Source of the DNA: Catajapyx aquilonaris
Taxonomy: Eukaryota
Assembly (NCBI GenBank): GCA_000934665.2
Contig: JYFJ02000777.1
Span: 1-64,000, forward strand
Direction of reading: 5' to 3'
DNA length: 64,000 bases
How positions within the stretch are numbered: the first letter of the stretch is position 1; every line of letters begins with the position of its first letter. The notes beneath the pieces were generated by a model, which saw only the letters and a list, made by a program, of their open reading frames with translations, was not told where the DNA came from and searched no databases. A program made the position numbers and the translations under genes. Shown here in pieces: positions 1 through 12,941 of the stretch.

Positions 1-419
1 TTCTACTTTTTCTCTTTTCCTCGCATCTGGGCATGCGCAGTTGGCTCCTCGCGGCTCCTCGTATGCGAGATTCTCGTACGTGGATACCGGCCTTTAGTTT
101 ATATCTGGTGCAAGCACAAAACACCTAATGAAATCAGCTGATTTTGATCTGAGAGTCTGAATTAGTATCACCACATGAACAGACAATTTTGGGAACATTT
201 TCAAAATTATTGCTTATCAGTAGGGCATTTCTGACTCTCCTAATTAATTTGCTACATAAGCCATATAGTAATAATCCTGGTCCCAGTGATCCGCACATAA
301 TCAAGATTAGTAAGCAACAGTTAATGTATACAGGGCGGAACAGTGAGTGTGCTACCATATATCATTATGTTCATTGTAAGGGCATCTCATGTTTTATAGG
401 AAGGAACAAAGTTGATGCG

Positions 420-1766
420 ATGACGTCAACATCAGGCATCTGTGGCAACAGCAAGGAGAAGAAGCCAGCTCTGCGAATCATGACATATATGTGCCCCTCA
501 ATTCCAGTGGAGTACTTTGAGTTACTAGCTCACTACCTAGAGTACAAAATGGAGGTTGACACCTTCCTTCTCTATGAGACGAGATATACAGGGCCAATTG
601 CTGCAAAAAAGTTAGATCCGTTTGCTGCAGGACATGTTGACATAGGTATGCCATTTTGTTGAGCAATATTCTCAAGTTGCCCAGATATGAACATTGCTCA
701 AGCCTTTATAGTCTCACCCAAGCACTTTTGTCCCCTTCAATAGTTGTCAATCCATTTATCACTAATATAAATAGGGAATTTTGTGGGGTCTCATCTCTTC
801 ACTGAGGTATTGTGCAATGTTCAAATTTGGGCAGCTCAATATGATACGTGGTGTTGGTAACACATCATTAATAAACAATGTGCCCACAGCATTCATGACA
901 ACGTCATCTTATATGCAACTTATGGAGAAGAAATCCTCACATATTGAGCTTCTTCCAGTGAGCTCAGTCCACAGGCATCCAAAGCACAAAGATATTGTTC
1001 CTGGATACTACTCGGACGTCATTGTCCCTTGTGAAGCCAGGTACTGGATGTATTAAGAGCTAGAATAAGAACTTTTCAAACTAACAATGAAATGAAGTTG
1101 TAAACAAGTCGTGTATTTTTCCAGAAACAGAGTTAAAACACTACTAGACCTGAGGGGCACCCGCTTTGGCTTCTGTGAGCCTCAATCATTCAGTGGGCAC
1201 TTTGCTGCCCTACAAGCACTCAAGCAGAATGGAGAGAGTGGAACTTTCTTCTCATCCATTTCAGGTCAGTCACAAAACCTATTTATAAAAATGACATCAT
1301 GCACACAATTCTTATGCATGTGGTTCGCTACATTAGAGACGGGATCACATCAGAAGTCCATCGAAAGGGTTCTTGACGGCAGCCTGGACGTGGCTGCAGT
1401 CGATTCAAATGCTCTCATGTGGTACCTGAAGAAGCACGAGTATGCCAGGGAAAAAATATTCACTTTGCAGAGCATCGGGCCCCTCGCTCCATACCCAATC
1501 GTGGTTCGCAGCAAGCTTCCAAGTAATGAGCCGCATTTCCATACAGCTTGTTTTGAGAAGTAATTACATTTTTTCTCACTTCAGGCAAGGTGAAATTGAA
1601 GTTGACTGATGCCCTACTCAACTTCCACAAGGAGAGCAGCTGGAAAGAGCAAATGGGGAATTTTGGACTCATGGGTTTTGCTCAAACATGCACCGATTCG
1701 TACAACAAGGCACAACAAATGAAGGCCTACATAGGAGCCATGACTTTTGATGCCATCTATTACTGA
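420..1766 (+). CDS. PhnD/SsuA/transferrin-family (phosphonate-binding-like, PBP2 fold) substrate-binding protein with introns
   Basis: Phase-compatible GT-AG exons 420-645, 890-1040, 1125-1264, 1337-1522 and 1585-1766 give one ORF ending ...FDAIYY*. Motifs DPF..GHVDIAFM, YYSDVIV, LLDLRGTRFGFCEPQSFSGH, TGSHQKSIERVLDGSLDVAAVDS and IGPLAPYPIVV match the bacterial PhnD-like pattern. An acceptor at 399 means an upstream exon may exist. Confidence 0.85.
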
Positions 1767-2216
1767 ACCATATCTTGTTAGGATTTTTGTCATGTAAACT
1801 ATTTTTGTACTCATTCTCTTCTTAGCGGGTCCAAATGTTTCTGGTTATGTGCCGTGCAATAATAACTCACAAATGTTTTGGCAAGAGTGATACTTCTGGT
1901 TAAAGTTTCCATATTTCCACAAAAATCAGACAAGTTGCATGAACTTGGCAATAGATTGTTGAGCAATATATGAATTGTATGTCTGTAAAAAAATGTACAC
2001 GTCTCCTACTATCAAATGACAAGTGAAACAGGCAAGGCCTAACATTGCAGAAAATAAAATGTGTCGTGAGTAACGTACTCAGAAGTTACTTCTTTTGCCT
2101 GGCTTGAAATAGTTGGGAGAAATTTAAAGTAACATATTTAAAAAATACATTAGATAAAAAAGGGATATTAAAGATCAAAATACCTCGAGGATATTGAGTT
2201 GCATACTATCCAAGGT

Positions 2217-5200
2217 TCACCAGAAATTCGCAGGCATCACTCCTGGTGGCAGTGGCACAATTGACTGCTTCAGGCACATCTGCAGGAACTGTTCAAGCCT
2301 AGATACTGGTCCACCAATACCAGGGGTAGCTTGTATCTTTGGAAACAGCTCCTTACATAGAATGTGAAGCATCTTCTGAAGCTGATGCCGATACGTCTTC
2401 GCCATCAAGTTGCCTGTGACATCTAGCATGTTAAACACTGCTGTGGCTGTGATGTCTGGATGTACTGGCATATTAATGGCTGCTCCTAGCCACATCCAGG
2501 CTTTGGATAATGGAAGTGGGTGCTGTGAGGTGGAGAGCCATCGCGGCAGAGGGGTTATGAGCATGGAAGCATACAGTCTCATAACCCCTGAGATCCTCTT
2601 CAGAAACTCCGTCTGAAGTGAAAACATTGCAGTAGATCGAGTAGAACACGAACTTTATTTTATTTTACTTACTTTTTAAAGCTGGTAAATATGACCAATA
2701 TGGGCAATTTTTACTTATGAAGCAGACAACCTTTCAGAACCACACAAGACACAAATAGCGACATTGGCAGATTGAGATCAAACTGGGTGGTGTTAATCCA
2801 GTAACTTGAATCTCCTTCATCAATGATTCAACGTTTTGTAAGAAATATTATGATGCTGTTGTTGTGAGTCAAATTTTTAGAGACACAACAACCACAAGAA
2901 AATAACATGCCACTTTAATGATTGTAAAATTTCCCACCCGGAATAAATTATTAGCGGCCTGGACATAATACATGGAGAGAAAAAGAGTGGATTCAATACC
3001 ATCAAGTAATGGATCGAGTCATGTGGACAATCCCTAGAATGTAACCTTCCAGAATATAGAAGAAAAATAAGATCATCTCTAACCTGCGACTCGACGCCTG
3101 CTTCAGAGTAGCGATATCCCAAGATGCGGTAGTAATCCTCCTCTGACTGACCCTCTGACTGAGGAGGGTAGTACGGGACAAGGTATGGACACTTCCGGTA
3201 AAAATTTGCCAGCAAAAGTTCACCAAAGGCAGGGAACTGGGCCCATAATGCCACCATCACCTTTGCTATGGCAAAGGCTGACTCAGGTTTGCTTGATACC
3301 GAATCCTCGCCTTGGCGCTGAAATTTACAGACATGGGTGAAAATTCCACAACATACTTTGATGGTAACTTTCAACAATACATTAGATTCTGAATCCCCTT
3401 CCTACTTTCTTTTCTTGTTCTCTTTTTCTGGAAAGAGATGACTCATGTAATTCATGACATAGAGCTCTCTTCTCTCCAGCTCTCCCAGCCTCTGGAGGTG
3501 GTCGAGTTGGAGAGAAGAGCTGATGTCACAAAACCAACAACATGGCTCCATCCACTCTAGATTTTTTATGAGCAGCTTCAATAATGTAGTGCGTTTCATT
3601 GATTCCCTTGTTGATAGAAATTAATATAATTTTTTATTTAATCTGCCATGTTGGTCCCCCTCCCCCCTATGGGTCTTTTTGGCATGAATGTAATGTCAGT
3701 TCTCCCATGCCAGAAAAACGGACTACAAGAAGAAATATCCCTCAGCAACAGAAATGATAAAACTTTCTGGTCATATTCAAATTTCTGTTCTATGAACAAA
3801 ATGTTAACTATTGAGTTAGTCCATGAGTACGTTTACGTGGGACTAAAAATCGGCCTGACCCAGGCCTCCTAAGCAAGGCCTGTCTAGTGTCTACGCAAAG
3901 CCTGCTCCCACTTTTGCCACTGCTACATGGGACTGACTCTTTTGCTGCCGAGGGGTCGGTGAGCAGCCCGAAAAGTGCCCACCATGCCGGGCCCTACCGC
4001 TCCACACAGCAAAATGTGCAATATGTGTAGCTCTGCAGCTACGGCATGGGCTGCCCGTGATAATTAGGCAGGCGAATTACATGTACCAGCACTGTTTATT
4101 CGAGAAAGCTAGAGATACAGGGGACTAATTTTGCGGCGGATGGTTATTGCGTATCCCCGGTAGCCCACTCAGAAGCAAGTCTTCCCTCCTGGGCTGTTCC
4201 CTAACCAATCAGCGCCGTCACCTTAGGTAGACCACCCGATCCAAAAGGCTTCGGCTGAGCCCGATACCTGTTCTGATCGGCTCAGATAAAGCCGGTCCAC
4301 CGTAGGCCCAGCGGCTAGATGGGAGTAAACCGGTTCGCCTAGCATAGGCGGCAGTACCTACACCACTTTTTAGTCCCATGTAAACAAGAGCTAACTCCAT
4401 TGGTAACCTTAACACATCTTCATACAACTGGTCCTTAGTAAGATATATAGATCGGTCAACATAAGAACGCAACCGAGTGTGCATCACCGTGGCGCACAGG
4501 ATGCAATACTGGAATCAGAAGTGATCTGTATGGCCATGCCCGTGTCAGAAATAAGTGTAACCTACAACAGATCATATCGTTCTTACGCACAGATCACTTC
4601 ATATTCCAGGAATGCATTTTGTGCGCCACACTCGGTTGCATTCTTATGTTGACAGATCTATAACTGTGCAATGTTAAAAAATATCAAAGCACATTCCATA
4701 ATGAAGCTCTAAAGGACTCTGTATACATTGTACTCTCTCTTTAATGAAACCCAAGTGAACAAATTTTCATTTTATTTCCAATGGATGATGGCCACAAAAT
4801 ATTTTCCTCTGCAGAGATTTCTATAGAAATAGCTTCATTAGAGAGAGGTAACACTGTCCTATATGTAGGTGCATGTTCTCACCACAAACTTCTTTGCAAG
4901 AAGGCCTGCACAAAAAGATACGCCAAGTGGATGGTCAGAAGCCTTGAAATGCCTTCCCATAACATCAACGGAGTGACCACTAAGAAGTGCAATCAGTCGA
5001 TCCAACTTGTCTTTCAGGTGCTCCCTGGATGTGGGAGCGATGGAATTTACAGGTGTACTAACTGCCTTTTGGCAGTCAAACCTGAATGATTTCATGCGGG
5101 TGTCCTGTATTATGGCCTGAGACTGCTTATCCCACAAATCTAATTTCTTTTGAAGATGCTGGTAGGATTCGAAGGCAGATACATCTGCACATTCATCCAA

Positions 5201-8200
5201 GGAGCACACTGAAAGAGCTGCTATTTCACCCATCTTCACAGAGTCACGTTTGGGTGCTTCAGGCATCAAGGGGACTGGTTCTGCTGCTCTCTGGATTGGT
5301 GTAGGCAATGTTCCTGGTGTTGTCTGGACTGAAGTGTGGGCAGGTGATGATTTTTCAGCTGGTTTAGAAATGGGATCAAAAGTGTCTTTGACAGGCTCAG
5401 GTATTTTTGGTTTCTCCTTTGTCTTCTGGTGTTCCTCTGCAAAACAAAAATAGTCGATGAAATGATAGCTTCTCAATAATGTTACAGCTTAATAATTATA
5501 ATCCATCAATCTGAAAGTGATATAATCTACACTGAGAGCCCCGTCTTGCATACAGCACTGGTACTGGTGGTGTGTGGCCTGGTGAAGCATGAAAGTTAGG
5601 GAAGGACCCAGTCAGGTAAGAAGGAAGCAATTTGATGGGAAATTGTACCCCCGCACTCCTGATTATCCATGCTAATTAATGCACAGGTGTGCCTGGATAA
5701 TAATGTTTGGATGGACATAAATAAATAAATAAATATATAATAAACCATTTTTAAAAAGTCCCTCCCATACATACTGGTGCTAACTACTGGTGCTTTATGC
5801 TCTGGTGTAGGAAAGCGTATAGGTGATTTCTCAACTGGTTTACGATTGGAATCAGATGCATGCTCAATTTTGTTTGGTGCTTCCTTAGCCTTCTGGGCGC
5901 CGTCTAAAACACAAAAGTCAGCAGAAGAAAAGTAAACCATTTTCAATGACAACCCATGTCAAGGCCAGCATGAGAGTAATAAAATCAGTGCTCTTCTGCA
6001 TTAGGTCCCATGATCGCCCAGGATACCAAGCCACAGACACAGAAAATGCAAGAGGAATGCAAAGAGAAGATGAGGAAAAGAAGGTATTAAGACAGAAAAA
6101 ATGGTAAAGTTTTCTTCATCACTAGCATGGTTATCAAATGTAACTCCCTTGAAATGAAATCAGGATAACTAAAAGCAATACAATTAATAAGATGTTTTTA
6201 CTATTTTGGCTACGTCTGGAAATTAACTTGCATCATCTGCTTCAAAACTTACTACCCCTTCCACAGAGAAATGTCATGAGAGAATGATGATGAAGACGCT
6301 GAGAACACTTTCTGATTAAACTTGACTCATAATCATATCCATATCAGTCCAAGAGCTATGAGAGAACTTGCTTTTAACCCATCTTGTTTGTAAAGAAACT
6401 CAGGCAAATTCTAAATACTTGTACCATAATCCACTAATTGCATGCAATCCTTCTACATGAACACATTCTTTGGGTGTAGAACATGAAAGCGGTCTGCATA
6501 GAACCATTCCTATAGTTTTAACGCTTGCACTTACCAACTACTCTTTGTATAACTGCCAGATCATTTTTGGCCTCAGCAACTTTTGCTTCAACAGACTTAA
6601 ACTCTTCACTACTGATGAGTTCATCAGTAGCTTTTCTTTCAAGACTCGAGATGGCATTGCTGACTTCCTTCAAGTGCTGGATGGCTTGTCTCACCTCCTT
6701 GTTCCCTGTTACCCCATTCGTACGCCTGAAACATGTAGAGAACACTTGATTAACTTTTCTACGGTAACAGGTCACATAAAATTACCAACACACTATAAGG
6801 TTCACCCCACCTTGGCATACTATGCAAGTACATGTACCAGAAAAGCTCACTTTCAAAACATTTATAGATGCAACATAATTTCTTTAAACAGTAATATTAT
6901 TTCATAGCATACGGAGTACAATACATCATTCTCCTCTGAACTTACTGAAGCAGGAGGAGAACAGGTTCCATCATATGCCGTAAGTTCACTTGTAGCCCTT
7001 TCACTCGATCCAATTGCTGCTGCAACAGCCTCAGTGTGTTGCTTTTTGTCTCCTTTGGCTCAGAGGTTTTCCTTTCTGCATCTTTTATTCTTGCAGTCAT
7101 AGCTTGGATATGTTTCACGTGGGACTCATGAATACGCCTCTGCTTCTCCTGAGCCATCTTCTCATGCTGGTCACCTTGTCTACGAAGCTCCTGCTTCTGG
7201 TCCAGATAATGTAGGCTAACTGTCTTCAAGCAGTCTTGGAGCTGTTCGCCACATAAACGGCTCACTTGCAGAGAGTGACTCTCTATTTCCTTCTTCTTGG
7301 AAATGCATCGTTCCTAGAAGTAAGCATGGCTTTTTATGGGCATGACAATGCTACTATCTCTTTGTTATTGAGACGAGTTTACTTCCGCACAATGCAACCA
7401 CCCCTCCTGTTCCCTTCTGACCCCCAGGGCAAGGCCAGGGAGGATCAAGCCATGTAACCAAGTGGTATACATAAGAGCAAAGATATGCATGGATAAGTGT
7501 GTATGGTAATCCTGTGTAACAAATGTGTGTATGTTATGAAGAAATATGGGTACATAAATGCTTAATTGATTCGTTGAACATATAATCAATATTTTTCTGG
7601 TAGTGGCAATAAAAATGTCATCTACGAGGGCGGATCAATAAGTTACGCAAAGAATTAATTTCTTCCATCATGGTTGCAAATAGAAGGTAGAAATTAGGCA
7701 CACATCTTATCTGACTCTCCTGCTAAAAACTGATGTGGCTGGATCTTCTGCCGCCCTAGTGGTGGAAGTGGGAACTACGCCACAAAGATGTTGTGCTTGT
7801 TAGCATAGTCAACTATTGAAGAGCAGCGAGGTGTTGTGCAGTTTTTGTGGGCTCAACAGAAAACTGAGTGACCGGCGGAACCACTGTGAATGCCACAACC
7901 TATGGTGACACATTGATGAAGTTGTGTTGTACCCTTTGCGACAAAAGCCCTAACAGAGATGCTGCAAATGTCAGAGTGCTTCATGACAACGCTCAGCCCC
8001 ATGTTGCATGACAGGTCCAAAAGAAAATTCGGCAATTTGGTTGGGAGGTGCTCCAACACCCACCCTACACTCTGGACCTCGCTCCATCGAACATTCATCA
8101 GTTTGGTCCTCTGAAGAAGTTTGTGAGCTGCCAACACTTCGATTCTGATGATGAAGTCAAGACTGTCGTCCGCAAATGGCTGTACGCCCAAAAGACAGAC

Positions 8201-11124
8201 TTCTATGAACAGGGGGTACTGAAACTGGTGTCACGGACTCACGGTGGGAGAAATGTGTGGAGCAAACTGGTTCTTATGTTGAAAAATAAGTAAGAATTGG
8301 GAGGTCGGTATATACAGGGGTTGGACAAAATAACAGGGGCCCCCTGCAAAAATCGGGTGAATTTTCTCCTCCACTGTACTAGAAAACTGGATAAGTTACA
8401 GAGATGGCCTTTATTGATTGTTGAAGCTCTGTCGATGTAGATTTACAGACAAGAAGATGACACAAAAATCACAAGAGGAGGGAGAGAAACAAAAGACTAA
8501 CCCCCNCCCCCCCCCCCCCCCAACCCCATTTTGACCAGCATGTTTCACCCTTTTCATTTGAAAATGAAAATAGTTACAGATATGAACTTTACTGGATTTT
8601 GAAGTGCTATCGATGTCACTTTGTTTGGTATAGATATGGACCAAAATTACCGACAGGGGGCGGGAGGAAAAATAGAAACGACACCCTCCTTCCCCGGCAC
8701 TAAATCTGAAGAGAGGTTGGACAAAATAACGTATAGTAAGTTTGGGTCGAATTTTCGTCCCACTGCTAGTTACTACCAACGTAGTTCTACCATATTTGGC
8801 ACTGGTACTGCTCAGTTAGCATTAACTAGGAGTGGGACGAAAATTTTCCATTGTTTGCATTCAAGCAGTGCCGGGGAAGGGAGGTGTGGTTTCTATTTTT
8901 TTCATGCCTCCTGTTTGGTAATTTTTGGTAAATCTCTATACCAAACAAAGTGACATCAATAGAGCTTCAAAATCCAGTAAAGTTCATATCTGCAACTATT
9001 TGCATTTTCAAATGAAAAGGTGAGACACTGTGGTCAAAAATGGGGTCCAGGGGGGCGGGGGGGGGGGNGTCATTAGTCTGTTTTTTCTCCCCATCCTCTT
9101 GTGATTTTTGTGTCATCTTCACGTCTGTAAATCTACATCCACCGAGCTTCAAAAAGCACTAAAAGTCATCTCAGTAACTTTTCCAGTTTTCGTGTACAAT
9201 GGAGGAGAAAATTCGCCCGCTTTTTGTAGGGGGCCCCGTTATTTTGTCCAACCCCTGTATATCTTAAGTTTTGCCTATCTATTAAACTTTTGACTAAATT
9301 AAATTTATTGTGTTACTTATTGATCCACCCTCGTATGTAAAAAAAAATGCAGGATTGCCCCATTTTTTTTTGCTTAATTTTGCAGCTGTGAGCATTACAT
9401 GGTTGCGGCTTGATCGGGATCTTGGGCCATTGGTTCCTACGAGTTAACTACATGCTTAAAAATTTGACATCTTTACAATAGTTTCCCATCAACATGATTA
9501 CCTGGACCTCTTGAGTCCTCTTGAGCTCATAACAATACAAGAGGTTAGAAATCTCACTATTTAGAGACAAGTCTTCCTCATTGATCTCCTCTTCCTCTTG
9601 TGGTTTGTGGCTCATGTCTTCTCTCATACTCTCCTCTTTGCTTTTTTTGGAATCAGTGACTCTCTCTGAGAGTGACAGATCCACAGAGTTCGGTAATGAT
9701 GATTCAAATTCTTGGTATGATGATGAGTATCCAAAAGCTTCAATTGAACTATTTAGAGCATTCCACTTCATCTCATGCTCTGTGGCTGTTGCTGCTTCCA
9801 TCACACCCTGGCAAAACAACAATAAGGCCATTACTATTCATAAAAGTCCTTCAACATACACATCAGTATGCAGCACATGATTGGTATTACCATACCCCAT
9901 TAAAAAACTACTTATTCTAATTTTTCACTTGGAAACTCGGCTTTGGAGAAGGCCTTGTGATATGACATACAGTAAAACTTCTATAAGTCGAACTTCCCTA
10001 AGTCGAAGAAAATTATGAGCTCGGTTGGTCACAATGCAAAATAATAGGAAGTAAACTTCCCTAACTCGAATTTCATAACTCGAAGTGCTGGCAGGGCCTT
10101 ACGATGGGATATCAATGCATTTTCAGTTTCCCTAAGTCGAAGTTCATGTTGGCGAGTACGGAAAATTTCCTCATTTCCCAGCCGAAAGGTAGAGAAAGGC
10201 TCAATTTCCTGATCTTCATCTACCAGACGTACCGAAAGAAGGGTTTCACTTTGTGACAATTGAATCCTTGAATCTAAGAGTAGGCAAATGTCCATAACGG
10301 AGATTCTTTTTTACAACAACACAACGTGAAACATTGTAAGTGTGATTGTGACAGGCTGTAGAGCCGCACTGGCTGGTCAGCCCTTAACACCCCTTTAAAG
10401 TGACAGTTATTTTTAAGTTTTGAACACCTTTCGTCGCTGGATATAAAGGTAGGCTTCCTTACAGAGTTACGTGCTTAAAAAAAGCCAAACTTTTCTAACT
10501 CGAATCTTCTATAACTCGAAGGTTTTTCCCGTGGAGAATCTGTTGTAGAGCGAGCGACTTTTTAGAGCCACTTGTCACACTCAACTTGACCGTTGCCTTC
10601 TTGCTCATGCTACAATAGTGGCCTGTGAGCACGCCTTTTATAAATACGAGCACAACAATGAGCAAAGGTAATAAATTCCACACTGTGCATTTAGCACCAG
10701 CAACGGATATGCCCAGTTCCAACTCACATTAATACCCTGCTGCTGCAGCGGCCAGTCCCGGTCGTAGCTGAGCTGTCCGCGTGGTGTGCACCTTAGTGCA
10801 TTTACAGTGCCGTTACCTCCCATCCCTTCTGGAGGCGGTGTCCTTTCGACCGCCAACGATGCCGCCATTTCTGTATCAAGGGAAGTTGTCCTGAAGCTTG
10901 TGCCGTGGAACAATAAGAGTGTGCATACCTGTGTTCCTAGCGTGTTCCGGTTCCTCCTCCTCTTCTGTACATGGATGGTAAGGGTTCAGTGATGGGTCCC
11001 CGTGCGTGCGGCGCCAGACCCACGACCGGCACCGGAACCGAGACTTGGTGCACTGCAACGCCAGTACACCGACACAATAGCTACTCAATCGCCCATCGGC
11101 ACAGGAAGTCTCGCCCTCGGCCAT
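2217..11124 (-). CDS. GLE1: mRNA export factor / nucleoporin GLE1
   Basis: Exons (5' to 3'): 11124-10929 (tentative), 10870-10728, 9807-9502, 7313-6946, 6725-6535, 5903-5775, 5436-4883, 3317-3084 and 2612-2217, all phase-compatible. Motifs include N-terminal ALRCTPRGQLSYDRDW, FDCQKAVSTPVNSI, LLAKKFVRQGE, CPYLVPYYP, FLKRISGVMRLYASM and a C-terminal FW. Confidence 0.93.
3825..4392. mobile_element. Non-autonomous TIR element (PIF/Harbinger-like MITE) in a GLE1 intron
   Basis: gtttacgtgggactaaaa (3831-3848) is inverted by ttttagtcccatgtaaac (4368-4385). No coding capacity. Confidence 0.5.
4446..4662. mobile_element. Palindromic MITE
   Basis: tatagatcggtcaacataagaacgcaaccgagtg at the left end pairs with cactcggttgcattcttatgttgacagatctata at the right end. 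The inner arms also pair. Confidence 0.7.
7625..9333 (+). mobile_element. Internally deleted, decayed mariner (DD34D) transposon
   Basis: TIRs cgagggcggatcaataagttac and gttacttattgatccaccctcg are flanked by TA. Transposase relics are VLHDNAQPH and HPPYTLDLAPSNIHQFGPLKK (canonical HPPYSPDLAPSD..LF). Confidence 0.9.
8315..9257. mobile_element. Foldback Tc1/mariner-type MITE nested inside the mariner relic
   Basis: caggggttggacaaaataac...gttattttgtccaacccctg with TA flanks. The imperfect inverted arms run about 380 bp, and the poly-C at ~8501-8521 mirrors the poly-G at ~9050-9069. Confidence 0.88.
9970..10530 (+). mobile_element. Truncated pogo/Tigger-like DNA element
   Basis: TA-CAGTAAAACTTCTATAAGTCGAA terminus with repeated ctaagtcgaa/taactcgaa subterminal motifs. 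No matching right TIR was found. Confidence 0.5.
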
Positions 11125-11256
11125 CTTGGGACTCACAGCCAATGGAGCACCGCACAGTTGACTCGTGACCTCGTGACGTGAGGACGGAGCGCCACGTTCG
11201 ATCGACCTTTTATCTCAAGGCACAGTCAAGAGCTATAATAACTAATTGTTTTATTT

Positions 11257-11910
11257 TTATGGGGAATGCCGTGGATATATGGACCCTGGATGCTGAAGAC
11301 AAATGGAAAGAGAACGCAAGTGTCCTGAGGAAGTGGAGGCCAACAGGTTGAGTTCATTGTCAGCAGGGCGGTTATGAGGGTTGAGGGTCACCATCTGGAG
11401 GCGTGTCCAGCGACGTTCTAGGGTGAAGTCCAGCAGTTTGGCTGATCCATTGTCCAGGGATATGCTCTCCAGGTGGCCGCAAGGAGAAAGGCTGTCCAGT
11501 ATATAGGCGAGGGAGGTCAGCTGGAAGCCAACACTTGAGGATATATGTATCATACATTTCTGAGGTGGCCACATCGTTGCACCAGTCCGAAGATAGTGTT
11601 GGTCTTCTCCACTACAACTCCCATCAACTTCAAGGTGTCCAACTTGGACACGGAGTCCAGGTGTCCAGGATGTCATCGCACCGCCTGACCCTGGACGAGA
11701 AGCTGACCAGGGTCAAACTGCGCAACTTTGTGGCCATCCGGATGAGTCCGAGTGCCTCCTGGACGTCCATCTTGCTCAGGTCGATGCGTAGCCACATACA
11801 GAGGGTTTTATCCCGGGACAGAGTGGCCCATCTTTTGGACACCAACGGGACACTTTTCAGTAGGTCTTCTTGGGTCAAGTAAGAAAATATATGTCGAAGA
11901 ATGGGTCGTG
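11257..11910 (-). pseudogene. Intronless F-box/LRR pseudogene
   Basis: F-box motif PILRHIFSYLTQEDLLKSVPLVSKRWATLSRDKTL is followed by LRR-like LRSLTL, LESISL and LRSLSI segments split across frames (e.g. the duplicated ctggacac near 11645-11660). Confidence 0.75.
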
Positions 11911-12941
11911 AACAGCCTAAATGGGAAGTTTCTGTCAGTATCAGTACATTCCATAATTATGCAGATGTTATGGTGCAATATATTAGTTTCTCATTCAAAT
12001 CTGTCAATTTCGTTACAATGAGTACAGTGGTCATGCCTGGATGAGCAACATACATCTGCAGATGTTTTCGGATAATACAAATTTGGAAATTTAGTAGCCT
12101 CAATTTCCAAATTTTGTTGTTAAACTGTATTGCAAAATGCATGTCCACATATTGATGTGTTATTGTATTACAAATTATATGCATTTCTGTACAATGTATC
12201 CTGTAGGCACAGCAAAATCAATGCAAATAAATGTGAATTCACAATCAACATTCAAGGAAAAGTGTAGCTACCATCAATGCAGTTTTCTACTCCATAGTGA
12301 GATATCCATGATAAAATTACCTCATGCGTCATGCTGTTGGATGTTCATCCTTCCGACTGCCATTTGTGCTAACCTGATTGGAGATAATTTTTGTTCTGGA
12401 CAAAATATTTATGCCAGAACAATTTTGTTTCCTTGACGATTTTTGTGCAGCATAAATAAACCCCTGTCAGGGCCCCTGTTCTAACCAGGACAATTTTTGT
12501 TATTTTCACAACAAGAAACAAAAATGAGCGCTCGGAAGGGCGCACCCAAAGTTCCGACTATATTTTATTTAAACTGAACCCCCATCCAAAAATTGTTTAG
12601 CTTAATATAACCGTCAATTGTGCTTGAATTATCACAAAATAACTCAGCGCGATACAGCATTCACCACGATTGGCCATCTTGTATTTCCATTTTATTGTGC
12701 CGGGCACAATTATTTTGTGAAAGTTCAAAATTGTGTACTTTGGAATAATTTCAAATTGTTTGAATTTGTCCTTCACTTTTGTGCTTTCCTTTTGGTGCTC
12801 AAAAATTATTTTCGAGCACAAAAAGACGACAAAAAGAAAACACAAAAACTGTTTATTAGCGTTGAACATTATTTACATTTGTGAGAGTAATATCTTTATA
12901 CTTTGCTGTGCTTCATATTATACAATAACCACATTGGAAAT

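Noticed and set aside
420..1766. Bacterial contamination as the source of the PhnD-like gene
   Set aside because: It has four canonical spliceosomal introns and is contiguous with GLE1.
6283..6320. C/D-box-like motifs (ATGATGA...CTGA)
   Set aside because: Too short for a snoRNA and antisense to the host gene.
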